Source: a virus (Duplodnaviria > Caudoviricetes). Taken from it: a stretch of 25,271 bases of DNA. The notes under the pieces were generated by a model, which saw nothing but the letters and a program-made list of their open reading frames with translations, was not told the DNA's origin and ran no database searches. Within the stretch, counting starts at the first letter, position 1, and each line of letters starts with the position of its first letter. The position numbers and the translations under genes are program-made. Shown here piece after piece: positions 7,022-15,928 of this stretch. Location: IMG/VR virus record IMGVR_UViG_3300037755_000321, positions 1 through 25,271 of that record; one strand, written 5' to 3'.

Positions 7022-7816
7022 TTACTCCGACTTGAAGCCGGGGAAGATCTGGCCCATCATCTCGGTGATGTTGGGGTTTTCGATGGCGTTCGTCGTGAAC
7101 CGGTCTTCGAAGTGCGAACCGGTGATGTAGTTCGGGTTCGGCTTCACCATAAGCGAGCGAACCAACGGGCTGTCAGCGGCAATGATGCCATCCGCGTTCG
7201 GGACCTGCTTGACCGTGAGGCAAGCCGTGGTGTTCATCCAATAGGCGATGCCCTTGCGGAGCGCGCCTTCCATGTTCGGAACGTACTTGCCATCCTGCCG
7301 GAGGTCGCCTTCGGCGGTGAACACCGCAACCCGGAACGGATTGCGAACGTCCTTCACCATGTCGCGGAACCGCTGCACCTTCTCAGACATGCGGGTCAGG
7401 AGCTGCCCCCAGTCCGAATACTGCTGGTTCCCGGATTGGAACCCCGGAAGCGCCTCCTTGCAGCGTTTCTGGAGTTGCGTCACGGAGTCGACCACGATGG
7501 ATTGGAACGGGTGATCAGGCTGGATGGTCCACTGGATGACCTGTTCGACGGTTTCCCATCGAAGCACGTCGACCACGCAGATGTCCCAGGTTCCGTCAGC
7601 CTTCGGGGGAGCCTCTTTCGGGTCCCACCACACGACGCGGTAGGGCTGGTTCGGGTTGTTGGGGTTCTTGCGCCCCTCGAACGCGTTCCAGCTGCCTTCG
7701 GCGTCGAGTGCGAGCACCGGCCCGGGGCAGCTCGCCCCGAGCGTCGACTTTCCGCGCTTGGTTTCGGCGTACACGAGAAACGTCGCGTTATGGCGCGGGT
7801 TTCTGTCTTCGGTCAT
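7022..7816 (-). CDS. AAA_24/Sak4-like ATPase (single-strand annealing)
   Basis: Degenerate Walker A YAETKRGKST, LALDAEGS, Walker B IVVDSVT, YSDWG. Confidence 0.8.
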   Translation of the reverse strand: MTEDRNPRHNATFLVYAETKRGKSTLGASCPGPVLALDAEGSWNAFEGRKNPNNPNQPYRVVWWDPKEAPPKADGTWDICVVDVLRWETVEQVIQWTIQPDHPFQSIVVDSVTQLQKRCKEALPGFQSGNQQYSDWGQLLTRMSEKVQRFRDMVKDVRNPFRVAVFTAEGDLRQDGKYVPNMEGALRKGIAYWMNTTACLTVKQVPNADGIIAADSPLVRSLMVKPNPNYITGSHFEDRFTTNAIENPNITEMMGQIFPGFKSE

Positions 7817-7845
7817 CTTGTCCTTCCTCTTTGTCCTAGGTCTGA

Positions 7846-7854
7846 ATTATATCA
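7846..7854 (-). promoter_or_regulatory. Extended -10 promoter (TGA-TATAAT) for the ATPase-SSB genes
   Basis: TGnTATAAT followed by CAGACCTAG and an RBS. Confidence 0.6.
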
Positions 7855-8808
7855 TGCCGCGTATCTGGCGAGCGGGTCACGCTCTGCGAACTCCTCCCGC
7901 ACCATGTCCTCAGCTCGTGACCCGTCGTCATAAAGCGGGCATAGTGTGAAAAACTGACACTTCCAAGAACATGAGTCATCGGGGCTCGGCTCCGCAATGT
8001 GCGCCTGCTCTTCGACTGTGGCGTCCTTGAGCAACGCCTCAAGCTCGAAAATCTTTGTGATCTTGCGCTTCATGTGCAACTCGTACGAGGCGATCTGGTC
8101 TTCGTTGTGGTTCACCTCGTATCGAGCGTAGAACGGAGGCTTCGCCTGCTTGCCGCGTTTGACCTTCTTAAGCACGTTGTACAGCGCGCCATCGCTCCAT
8201 GTACCCGCCGGTTGCGTCATGCGTTCCAGCCACGCGTAATGGAGCATCTGGGGATTCATGTGCAACGTACTGAGTGCGGAGACAAGGCTAGCAGCCGTCT
8301 TGTGGTCTACAAAGAGCCGCGCGCCGTCCATGAGCCGGAGGATACGAGCGTCGAGCTTGCCGACGACTTCGAACTCTCCGAACTTCGACACGATCTCAGG
8401 TGCGAAATCCGAACCGCGAACCGACACGATTTCCTCAATCGCGGTGAACTCGATACCGGCGTCAACGCCTGACTCCGCAACCCAGTCTGCGTAGCCTTCC
8501 AGCATCGCGCGCTCAAGCTCGGAGTCTTTCTCGAACGCTTTCGCCACTTCGACATCAGGATAGGTACCGAGTTCGGTGCAATTATCCAGATACGCGTTCC
8601 AGTCATTGTCCTGCTCGGACTTGAGTTCGTTAAGGTACGTCTCCGGATCGGGTCCGTAAAACACCTCGAGCGCGGCGTGTACGCGGCTGCCGGACTTGAG
8701 TGGCCCCGAAGGGTTAAGCGTGATCGGTGACAGCCTTCGGTAGCTGGACAAATACCAGCGTCGGTTGCACTGGAACTCCTTAAACTCACTCTGGCTGAAC
8801 CGTCTCAC
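7852..8808 (-). CDS. Cas4/RecB-like PD-(D/E)XK exonuclease
   Basis: N-terminal C..RW and GSRVHAALE, catalytic GKLD...VDHKT, QMLHY, C-terminal CSWKC...C cysteine cluster. Confidence 0.85.
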   Translation of the reverse strand: MRRFSQSEFKEFQCNRRWYLSSYRRLSPITLNPSGPLKSGSRVHAALEVFYGPDPETYLNELKSEQDNDWNAYLDNCTELGTYPDVEVAKAFEKDSELERAMLEGYADWVAESGVDAGIEFTAIEEIVSVRGSDFAPEIVSKFGEFEVVGKLDARILRLMDGARLFVDHKTAASLVSALSTLHMNPQMLHYAWLERMTQPAGTWSDGALYNVLKKVKRGKQAKPPFYARYEVNHNEDQIASYELHMKRKITKIFELEALLKDATVEEQAHIAEPSPDDSCSWKCQFFTLCPLYDDGSRAEDMVREEFAERDPLARYAA

Positions 8809-8953
8809 GTTCCCTCTCCTCCTTCACTTCAGCCTCGTACCTCGGTGCCCAGCGTTCCACAAACGTTTTGAGGTTCGCGATGCGTTTGCGCTTCTTCTCT
8901 TTGGCGATGTACTCCGCTGTGGCGCGCGGGTCGTTGTAATTTAGGCTTGGCAT
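8786..8953 (-). CDS. Small hypothetical protein, 55 aa (MPSLNYNDPRATAEYIAKEKKRK...)
   Basis: Translated by hand. Fills the helicase-exonuclease gap, GGAGG RBS. Confidence 0.7.
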   Translation of the reverse strand: MPSLNYNDPRATAEYIAKEKKRKRIANLKTFVERWAPRYEAEVKEERERETVQPE

Positions 8954-8954
8954 C

Positions 8955-10880
8955 CTATCCTCCCATCAATCCGGTAGCTTCGATCCGGGCCGCTTCCGCG
9001 TCCAGATCATCCGTGGTCTTGCCGAGTGCGAGGAGCTTAGCGCGGTCTCGCACGATCTCCTCAAGCCGCTCAGCCTTGTCGTACAGCCTTTCGAGCTGCG
9101 ACTCCTCGATCGTGCCAGCGGCAACGAGGTCGATGATGGTCACCTTGTCGTGCACTTCGGAGCCGATGCGGTGGATGCGGTCGACACCCTGGTTATTGTC
9201 GATGGCGCTCCAGCTTCTCTGAAGTCGAACCATCGTGTCCGCGCGCGTCAAGTTGAGCCCCACTCCGCCCGCTTTGTATGTGAACAGGATATGGTCGATC
9301 TTCCCGTCCTGGAACGCCTGAACCGCAGCGTCCCTCTCGTCCCCTGACACGCCACCGGTCACCCGAGCGAACGGGATACCGGCATCGGTCATACGCGTGG
9401 CCGCGAGGTCGATGAGCTGTCGGTGTTCGGCAGCGATCACCATCGGCTTGTCCGGTTCGTCTTCGATGATCGACATGAGTTCATCGATCTTCGAGGACTT
9501 CGGACTGTCGGTAAGCGACACGATCCACGTGGCGGGGTCTTCGGGAGTCTCCCCCTGTTCGACCTCGCAGTAGGCGGACGCGAATTGCAGCAACCGGGTT
9601 GCTCCGGCCAGGTTCCCGTTGGCAACGAGCACCGTGCCGTCCTCAAGCACCGTCACGAGCTGTTCGGCGATGTCCTTGTACGCCTTCGCCTGCTTGGGGC
9701 TCATCTCGACATCGCGTCGCATGAACACCTTATCGGGCAACTGCTTGAGGACATCGGCCTTGATCATGCGTCGGAAGTGCGGGTCAAGGATCTTGAAGAA
9801 CTCCTCTTTGTTTTCCGGCTTGAGGCCGACAATCGACATGCCACCGAAGTGGTTGTATTCGATCTGGGCGTATCGGTCGATGAAGGCCGACTTTGCCGGG
9901 TAGGTCTCCGGTGCAATCGCGTGCATGATCGACCACAGGTCACCAGGGTGGTTCGCCACGGGCGTGCCAGTGAGCGCCCAACGGTATTCGACAGTCGGAC
10001 CGTGGAACACGTTCCAGATGGCGCGCGTCTGCAAGGCGTTCGGGTCCTTCACCCGGTGCGCTTCGTCAAGCACGCACACTCGGAACGGGATGCGGTTGAG
10101 TTCCTTTTCATGTACCTCGCAGGCGGACTCTTTCAAGTCCGGCGTTCCCGGCTGTGTCTTCGTCTCGCACTCCATGCAGCGCTTGAGGCGCGTCGAGCCG
10201 TATGAGGACAGGCGGGAGTGCAGCTTCATCGCTTCGATGTTCACGATGATGACGGCGTTGTCCGCTTCGGCAGCCTCGTCGATCTGGACGCGTCGCTTCG
10301 CGGCGCTGCCCTGGATCACGAACGGGTTCGCCTCAGGCAGCCATCGCTTGATCTCGCGTTCCCAGTTCCGTTTCAGTGAGTTGGGGCAGACGATGAGAGC
10401 GGGGTACGCTTTGTCCATAGTATCCGCTACGCGTAGGGCTGCTAGGGTTTGTAGGGATTTTCCCGTACCCATTTCGCACCCCATGAGTGCGTTTGTCGCT
10501 TTTACGAGGAAGTCACGGCCGGGAACCTGGTACGGGTACAGGATGTCATCGTGGTCATTGGAGAACTCAGAACGCTCACCAAGCGACAACGCTTCACGCA
10601 GTGCCAGCACTTCATCGCGCCTGCCCCGCTCCGAACGCGCCCAAGCGGCGATCTCCGGCTCGACCACGATTCGATCCCCGAACAGCTCACGCAGCACGAT
10701 GCACGCGGCGTACGACTTCGGCAGCGTCCAGCGCTTGTTCTTCCGATCCCACTTCTTGCCGGGGATCATCTTGATCTGATAGGAGTCGTTCCACAGCGTT
10801 TCGTCGGGTTCGCCATCCGCCTTGCGGCTGAACAAGACGATGCGGTCGTTTTCAACCAGCTCGGCATAGATTAGGTTCAT
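8955..10880 (-). CDS. SNF2-family (SF2) helicase
   Basis: EMGTGKS, VCPNSL, LDEAH, LTGTP, GGVGLNL and QGVDRIHRIG motifs. Cys-rich insertion CMEC...CEVH. Confidence 0.93.
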   Translation of the reverse strand: MNLIYAELVENDRIVLFSRKADGEPDETLWNDSYQIKMIPGKKWDRKNKRWTLPKSYAACIVLRELFGDRIVVEPEIAAWARSERGRRDEVLALREALSLGERSEFSNDHDDILYPYQVPGRDFLVKATNALMGCEMGTGKSLQTLAALRVADTMDKAYPALIVCPNSLKRNWEREIKRWLPEANPFVIQGSAAKRRVQIDEAAEADNAVIIVNIEAMKLHSRLSSYGSTRLKRCMECETKTQPGTPDLKESACEVHEKELNRIPFRVCVLDEAHRVKDPNALQTRAIWNVFHGPTVEYRWALTGTPVANHPGDLWSIMHAIAPETYPAKSAFIDRYAQIEYNHFGGMSIVGLKPENKEEFFKILDPHFRRMIKADVLKQLPDKVFMRRDVEMSPKQAKAYKDIAEQLVTVLEDGTVLVANGNLAGATRLLQFASAYCEVEQGETPEDPATWIVSLTDSPKSSKIDELMSIIEDEPDKPMVIAAEHRQLIDLAATRMTDAGIPFARVTGGVSGDERDAAVQAFQDGKIDHILFTYKAGGVGLNLTRADTMVRLQRSWSAIDNNQGVDRIHRIGSEVHDKVTIIDLVAAGTIEESQLERLYDKAERLEEIVRDRAKLLALGKTTDDLDAEAARIEATGLMGG

Positions 10881-10883
10881 CGT

Positions 10884-11420
10884 TTATCCTTCCGTCGTAG
10901 GTTCCATCTTAGCATCCCGCACCAGTTCTGACCAGCGGGGATAGTCAACGTCCTTGAGGAGCGCGAACGCCTGTCGGGCGGCGTCGTTGGCATGGCGCAT
11001 TCCGGGCGTTGACCACCCGATGGAACGCAGCATGTCATCCGAGGCGAACTTAAGGTTCGCCTTCGCGTACTGGCGAACGTCGGTCACGCCGTGAAGCGCG
11101 GCGATAGCTTTCACCATGCCGGTGACCTCAAGCGCTTCGGTCTGCTGCGACAGCTTCGCAGTTTTCGGTGTGATGATGTAGCGCTCGATTGCCACGTGGA
11201 TGTTCTCAGGTGGCGTGATACGGCACCACCCGACCATCTCGTTCCAGAACCGATCCGGGAACGTGTCGGCTTCAATGTGCAGCCCTTCGAACCACGGGTA
11301 TAGCTTCTCAGTCGCTCTGTTAGCGACGAAACCAGGTGCGGGCATCCCGGAATGCCAGGTGTACACGCCGGTCATGAGTCCGGGATCGACCCCTATGATA
11401 ACTTTTTCGCTAAATGTCAT
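10884..11420 (-). CDS. RuvC-like Holliday junction resolvase
   Basis: IIGVDPGLMTG, VAIER and HANDAAR acidic motifs. Start trimmed to avoid overlap with the polymerase (alternative 11432). Confidence 0.75.
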   Translation of the reverse strand: MTFSEKVIIGVDPGLMTGVYTWHSGMPAPGFVANRATEKLYPWFEGLHIEADTFPDRFWNEMVGWCRITPPENIHVAIERYIITPKTAKLSQQTEALEVTGMVKAIAALHGVTDVRQYAKANLKFASDDMLRSIGWSTPGMRHANDAARQAFALLKDVDYPRWSELVRDAKMEPTTEG

Positions 11421-11439
11421 TTCGTAGCACATCTTTCTA

Positions 11440-13251
11440 CTAGATGTCGGATTTCTCGGCCCAGCGCTTGGCCGTTGCGCCACCCGCTGTGAGCGGTAGG
11501 GACAACAGGGTGTTGTCATTCATCACGTCTTGCATGGTCGCGATCGCGTCTGGTACCTGATCGTCCGGAACGTCAGCGATAGCCTCATCGTGTACCACGA
11601 GGGCTAGGTAATCACCCAGACCGGCCGCGTCGAGTTCGAGGAGTTTCATCTTCATGATCTCCGCTGCCATTTTTTGGATTTGGTGGTTGACCAACTGGTA
11701 CATCAGGTTCGGGTTGTGGCACAGCGACCGGCGTCCGGTAAGCGGCGAGATCACGTACCCCATCCCTTCATCGCGGTACCGCCGCCTGGCAACCTGTTGG
11801 ATGGCATTCTGGAACGCAGGCACTCCAGGGTAGCTACTGGCGAAGTCCCGTGACAGCTGCTCGATTTCGGCAAGTGGGCGCTTCGTCGTGGTCGCGAGCG
11901 TGTCGTTGCCCGAACCGTAGATGGTGGCGTAACCGTACGACTTCGTAACGTTTCGCCTCGGGTCCTTTTTCGTGATCGTCTCGTCCTGGTACACCTTCCG
12001 CGTCAACGTCACGAAAAAGTCTTCATCGCTCGCGAACGCCTCGAACAGCCCTGGGTCCTGGGACAAATGCGTCATAATACGCATCTCGATTTGATCGAAG
12101 TCGAACAGCAACAGCGTGTGACCTGATGAGGCAACGATGCAGTTCCGGGCGATCATGCTCAACGGATCGTCAGCGTTGACGCGGGTAAGCTGCTGCAAGT
12201 TCGGCTCACTCATGGACATACGGGACGTTTTGACTCCGAACGCTCCGGCTTTCTGCTCGTTGAACCCGAGCGGGTTGATCGACGGGTGGATACGCCCGTC
12301 GTACTCCGAGTACTGCAAGAACCTCTTGAGGTACACCGAGTTGATTTTCTCCGCTTTAGACCGGTATTGCAACAAATGCACCAACGGGTGGTCAATGCCT
12401 TCAAGTGCGAACTTGTCTAGTGACCATGCGCCCCCGTCCGTACGCTTCCACAGCGGCACCTTATCGTCCACGAGACGGTCAATCACCTGCTGAGCCGAAC
12501 CGAGACTCACGCCGAACTCGTCATGACCGCGCTTCGTGAGGTCTTCATGTAGTTGTGTCAGTTCGTCGCGGCGATCTTGGGTGTACTCGCGGTCGCAGGC
12601 TACGCCCTTCTTTTCCATGCGGTCAGTGAGGTTCCCTGTGGCTACCTCAAGGTCATACGCCTTTGAGGCGGTCGGCAGGACGTTCGGTGCGTGGTGCTCC
12701 CACAGGCGCACCGTCAACACGGGGTCGAGTGCTCCGTAAAGCCAAAACACGGCACAGGGACCGGTCGCAGTGATCGGGATCGTTCGCCACGTGTACCCGC
12801 CTGAGTGCATGACCGCATCAAGCTGCGACTGCATGGCAGCGGCGCGCGCGTCGATGTGCTTAGCGCATTGCTGCTTGAGGCCGATCGACACCGTTGAGTC
12901 GGCGATGTGCGCTAGTGGCATCGTGTCGTCCACCAGGTGCGCGGGCACGATGATACCGATGTTCGCGAGGTGCCGGACATCGAACCACGCGTTGTGGCCC
13001 ACGAACCTCCCCATGCGCGACCAACGCGCAACGATTTCCTGAACGAGCCCGTACCAGCGGTCAACGGGGATAGACCAGCCCTGGAACCGGTCACCGAACT
13101 GCGCCAGCCGCGGCCTGTCGTGGATCTTGTCGAGTCCGGTCGTCTCGCAGTCGAACCCGAGGTGCGTGCAGGTGAGCCCCGCAAGCCAGTTCAGGCAGTC
13201 GTTCACGTCTTCGATAGTCTCGACTAGGTGAAGCTCTACACCTTCCAACAT
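11440..13251 (-). CDS. polA: Family A DNA polymerase (3'-5' exonuclease plus polymerase, no 5' nuclease)
   Basis: Exo motifs FDCETTG, HNAWFD, YGALD; PNLQQ; motif A DFDQIEMR; motif B RNVTKSYGYATIYG; motif C VHDE. Confidence 0.96.
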   Translation of the reverse strand: MLEGVELHLVETIEDVNDCLNWLAGLTCTHLGFDCETTGLDKIHDRPRLAQFGDRFQGWSIPVDRWYGLVQEIVARWSRMGRFVGHNAWFDVRHLANIGIIVPAHLVDDTMPLAHIADSTVSIGLKQQCAKHIDARAAAMQSQLDAVMHSGGYTWRTIPITATGPCAVFWLYGALDPVLTVRLWEHHAPNVLPTASKAYDLEVATGNLTDRMEKKGVACDREYTQDRRDELTQLHEDLTKRGHDEFGVSLGSAQQVIDRLVDDKVPLWKRTDGGAWSLDKFALEGIDHPLVHLLQYRSKAEKINSVYLKRFLQYSEYDGRIHPSINPLGFNEQKAGAFGVKTSRMSMSEPNLQQLTRVNADDPLSMIARNCIVASSGHTLLLFDFDQIEMRIMTHLSQDPGLFEAFASDEDFFVTLTRKVYQDETITKKDPRRNVTKSYGYATIYGSGNDTLATTTKRPLAEIEQLSRDFASSYPGVPAFQNAIQQVARRRYRDEGMGYVISPLTGRRSLCHNPNLMYQLVNHQIQKMAAEIMKMKLLELDAAGLGDYLALVVHDEAIADVPDDQVPDAIATMQDVMNDNTLLSLPLTAGGATAKRWAEKSDI

Positions 13252-13299
13252 CTTTGATCCTCTCGTCTTTGTAGCGTGGCCCCGAAGGGCCCCGTATCC

Positions 13300-13614
13300 C
13301 TAGCTTACCGCATTGGCAGCCGCGCGGCTAGCCAGCCATAGCGGGTACGAGACCGGCCAGAGCGCGGCGAGTCCGACCGTAACGAGAAGCGTAGCCCAGA
13401 TCTCGTCCTCTTCGGTGTTGCGGTGCGTGGAGACGGGCGAAGTGCCCATGATGACGTTAACAGAGTGAAAGAGGATAACGCCAGCGCCGACGCTGGCAAG
13501 TACATAACCGAGGACAAAAAGGGCAGACCAAAACACGGCGGATTCCTTGCAGAGCTTGCGGACGGTACCCCAAGCATAGGGAAGCCCCGACGCCGTAGTG
13601 TCATCGGGGCTCAC
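13300..13614 (-). CDS. Two-TM membrane protein
   Basis: Hydrophobic ORF packed between the BldC homologue and the polymerase. Confidence 0.65.
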   Translation of the reverse strand: MSPDDTTASGLPYAWGTVRKLCKESAVFWSALFVLGYVLASVGAGVILFHSVNVIMGTSPVSTHRNTEEDEIWATLLVTVGLAALWPVSYPLWLASRAAANAVS

Positions 13615-13617
13615 GCG

Positions 13618-13797
13618 TTATTCAGCTTCACCGTTCACGATCGCTCGGATATCCTCCGCATACAGGCGGGTCTGGCCGCCCGGAGTCTTGATCCCCCGGA
13701 GCCTGCCCAGGGTCACCCAACGTGTGACTGTCTTCGCGTCAACTTTCAACGCCTTCCCGACCTCACTCGGTGTCATGAGTTCCTTGGTTTCGCTCAC
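13618..13797 (-). CDS. BldC-family (MerR/Xis-like HTH) DNA-binding protein
   Basis: LMTPSEVGKALKVDAKTVTRW...GRL..IKTPGG closely parallels Streptomyces BldC as I recall it (LLTPAEVA..FRVDPKTVTRW...GKL..IRTLGG). GTG start at 13797 with AAGGAGG RBS. Confidence 0.85.
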   Translation of the reverse strand: MSETKELMTPSEVGKALKVDAKTVTRWVTLGRLRGIKTPGGQTRLYAEDIRAIVNGEAE

Positions 13798-14021
13798 GTC
13801 GTCCCTCCTTGTGTCTTCGACATGCACGGAATGCACAGGTCTGCCTGTAGCAATCTGACAATGTACTGCCGGTTGCCTGGTGCCGTAAGGCCGGTATCGT
13901 CCGGAATCTCTCCGTTAACGAGTCGCCTGGTGTCGCCTTGCAGCTCACAGTGCCAGTAGTTCGAGTACGCCTCACTCACGATGATCTGTCTACAGCCGTC
14001 ACAGCGGATTTCGGTTGACAT
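13794..14021 (-). CDS. Small putative Zn-binding protein (CDGC...CIPC)
   Basis: Two CxxC motifs, GGAGG RBS, overlapping start/stop at both ends. Confidence 0.7.
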   Translation of the reverse strand: MSTEIRCDGCRQIIVSEAYSNYWHCELQGDTRRLVNGEIPDDTGLTAPGNRQYIVRLLQADLCIPCMSKTQGGTT

Positions 14022-14155
14022 TACTGCCTCCCGATCCACTGCCCGGCTTCGAACAGGATCACGAGCAAGAACCACGCTACAGCCAGCGCGAACGGCGCGA
14101 GTACGCAGATCACGGCGATAGCGCAGCCGTTGAGTTTCTGTTTGTCGTCTGCCAT
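14021..14155 (-). CDS. Small membrane protein, 44 aa (MADDKQK...)
   Basis: Single TM segment, coupled to both neighbours. Confidence 0.65.
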   Translation of the reverse strand: MADDKQKLNGCAIAVICVLAPFALAVAWFLLVILFEAGQWIGRQ

Positions 14156-14373
14156 CAGTTGCTCCCCGACCGGGACGCACCAAAGGCAAGCCCCATCATG
14201 AACGACAGCATGAAGCTGACCTTCACCGCGCTCCAATACCCGATCGTCGGCATTTCGGTCAACCACTCCCCGTGGATAACGCCTACGGTGAGCATGAGCA
14301 TCCACCCGCCGAACAGCGCGCCCGCTGCGAGCACGATCGGTGCGACAATGCACCATTTCCACACGTTGAACAT
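14155..14373 (-). CDS. Small membrane protein, 72 aa (MFNVWKW...)
   Basis: Two TM segments, GAAAGGA RBS. Confidence 0.7.
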   Translation of the reverse strand: MFNVWKWCIVAPIVLAAGALFGGWMLMLTVGVIHGEWLTEMPTIGYWSAVKVSFMLSFMMGLAFGASRSGSN

Positions 14374-14384
14374 CTTCCGTCCTT

Positions 14385-14513
14385 TCATCGTTTCCACCGC
14401 TGCCCGTTGACAGCGATCAATACGCCTAGTGGGATGATCCCATAAGCGGGAAGGCCGCCGAGCGTGAGCACGACAGCCAACCCGATCAACGCTCCTGCGA
14501 GCCACCTAGGCAC
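14385..14513 (-). CDS. Small membrane protein, 42 aa (MPRWLAGALIGLAVV...)
   Basis: Translated by hand. GTG start overlaps the upstream stop and the ORF fills the gap; RBS weak. Confidence 0.55.
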   Translation of the reverse strand: MPRWLAGALIGLAVVLTLGGLPAYGIIPLGVLIAVNGQRWKR

Positions 14514-14829
14514 TGGTACCCGATTCCGTAAGCCAGTATTTCCCGGTAGACGACTCGTGTTCTACACCGTGGCCCGCGAACAACACGCATTGGTAGTCAA
14601 TGAACCCCCTCGGGAGGTCACGAACGCCTCGGCTCAGCCACTCCGGGCAGCGCACAGGCGCAGCTGATTCGACCTTCGGCGCGGCCTTCGCCAGTTCGGC
14701 GTACACGACAGCAATGGCAGTGATCCGACTGCACTTAGCGGGGTCATAGCCGTTCAGTCTGTCCGCCTCGTCAAGGTACTGCTCAGCCTGTTCCGCGTAG
14801 TAACGGAAGTCTTTCAGTTCGTCACTCAT
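14506..14829 (-). CDS. Hypothetical protein, 107 aa
   Basis: Coupled ORF starting MSD. Confidence 0.7.
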   Translation of the reverse strand: MSDELKDFRYYAEQAEQYLDEADRLNGYDPAKCSRITAIAVVYAELAKAAPKVESAAPVRCPEWLSRGVRDLPRGFIDYQCVLFAGHGVEHESSTGKYWLTESGTSA

Positions 14830-15055
14830 CGTTCATCGCTTTCTTTCCGAAGAAAAACACCAGTCGGTGTTCCTTCCCACTACTGTCCGTAAGGCTAAAT
14901 ACGCTGCCCTTAGACAGCTCGGCGTCCATGAATGCGTACATGCTGATCGCCCGGTTAACGAGGTCGGTCTTTCTCACTCCGGTCCGCTCCGTAAGCGAGC
15001 GCAACGCTTCCGATGCATCGCTGGTGAGCTTCGCATTCACTCGCTCGTCACTCAT
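14822..15055 (-). CDS. Ribbon-helix-helix (CopG-like) DNA-binding protein
   Basis: ERVNAKLT...ALRSLTERTGVRKTDLVNRAI fits the strand-helix-helix pattern. Confidence 0.7.
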   Translation of the reverse strand: MSDERVNAKLTSDASEALRSLTERTGVRKTDLVNRAISMYAFMDAELSKGSVFSLTDSSGKEHRLVFFFGKKAMNDE

Positions 15056-15263
15056 CGTTGTTCGTCTCCAGTTCGCAGTTGTCCGGGCAGCACATGTGAA
15101 ACTCGCGCGGGGTGAGCGTGACTGAACAGTGCAGGTATTGGTGCCCCTGATAACCAGAACACCCGCCACACCGACCGCAGTGATACGCGTAGTTGTGGCA
15201 TCCTGACTTGCAGTTGTCGTTGGGACCCTGCGTAGCGATCGGGCCTCGGTATCGGTCACTCAT
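15048..15263 (-). CDS. Small Cys/His-rich protein, 71 aa
   Basis: Nine Cys and several His; coupled at both ends. Confidence 0.7.
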   Translation of the reverse strand: MSDRYRGPIATQGPNDNCKSGCHNYAYHCGRCGGCSGYQGHQYLHCSVTLTPREFHMCCPDNCELETNNDE

Positions 15264-15412
15264 CGTTTCTTCGCCTGCTTCCGCATCATGCGCTCGACCT
15301 TGGTCATGTCCCGGTGTTCGATCCATTTCAGGATTCCCCAAAAGGCCGGAACCGACAGCACGAGACCTATGCAACCACCGATCAGCGCCGCTAGCAGTCC
15401 GATGTCACTCAT
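15260..15412 (-). CDS. Small membrane protein, 50 aa (MSDIGLL...)
   Basis: One TM segment plus a basic tail; GGAG RBS. Confidence 0.65.
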   Translation of the reverse strand: MSDIGLLAALIGGCIGLVLSVPAFWGILKWIEHRDMTKVERMMRKQAKKR

Positions 15413-15755
15413 CTTCGGTGTCTCCCGTCTTCTCGATCCACAGCACCTGGTAGGCGACCGGGGTTCCCCGGAACACGAGACGCGTCGAGTGCTGCATCGT
15501 ACCCTCGTGCTCAACGTCGTCCGTCTCCACATACCACGCCGTAGCATCCCCCTCAACCTCGGCGCGAAGCATCATGGTCAAGTCTTTGAACTCGGATCGG
15601 GCCGCGTCCTGGTCGTCGTTGATAACGCAGTACGTGATGTCGAACCGTCCGACGTTCAGCGGGAGGTCTACTGCGTAGTGCAGGAATGAGGCAGCGGATT
15701 GCAGCCCGCGCACGAGCTGGTCACGCTTGGTGGGTTCGGCCTCGAAGTCATACAT
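15405..15755 (-). CDS. Hypothetical acidic protein, 116 aa (MYDFEAE...)
   Basis: GACGGAAGGA RBS supports the start at 15755. Confidence 0.75.
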   Translation of the reverse strand: MYDFEAEPTKRDQLVRGLQSAASFLHYAVDLPLNVGRFDITYCVINDDQDAARSEFKDLTMMLRAEVEGDATAWYVETDDVEHEGTMQHSTRLVFRGTPVAYQVLWIEKTGDTEDE

Positions 15756-15928
15756 GGTGTGTCCTTCCGTCTTTGATCGTGATCGTAGGATGACGTTGTC
15801 GGGAGCCATCTCCACCCCATAAAGATGGCTCCCTCTGGCGGATAAACGCCAGATCCTTCGCCCGAAAGCTATGGAGAGACCTGTCAAACCTAGCATGATG
15901 CGCCGTTGCGTGCAACATGGGGCCGGTG

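Noticed and set aside
7852-8808. Cas4-like gene as evidence of a CRISPR system
   Set aside because: No repeat-spacer array or other cas genes; it sits in the usual phage exonuclease-Sak4-SSB context.
5541-10779. Plus-strand ORFs 5541..6449, 6446..7933, 9423..10205, 9925..10779
   Set aside because: Shadow frames of the replication operon.
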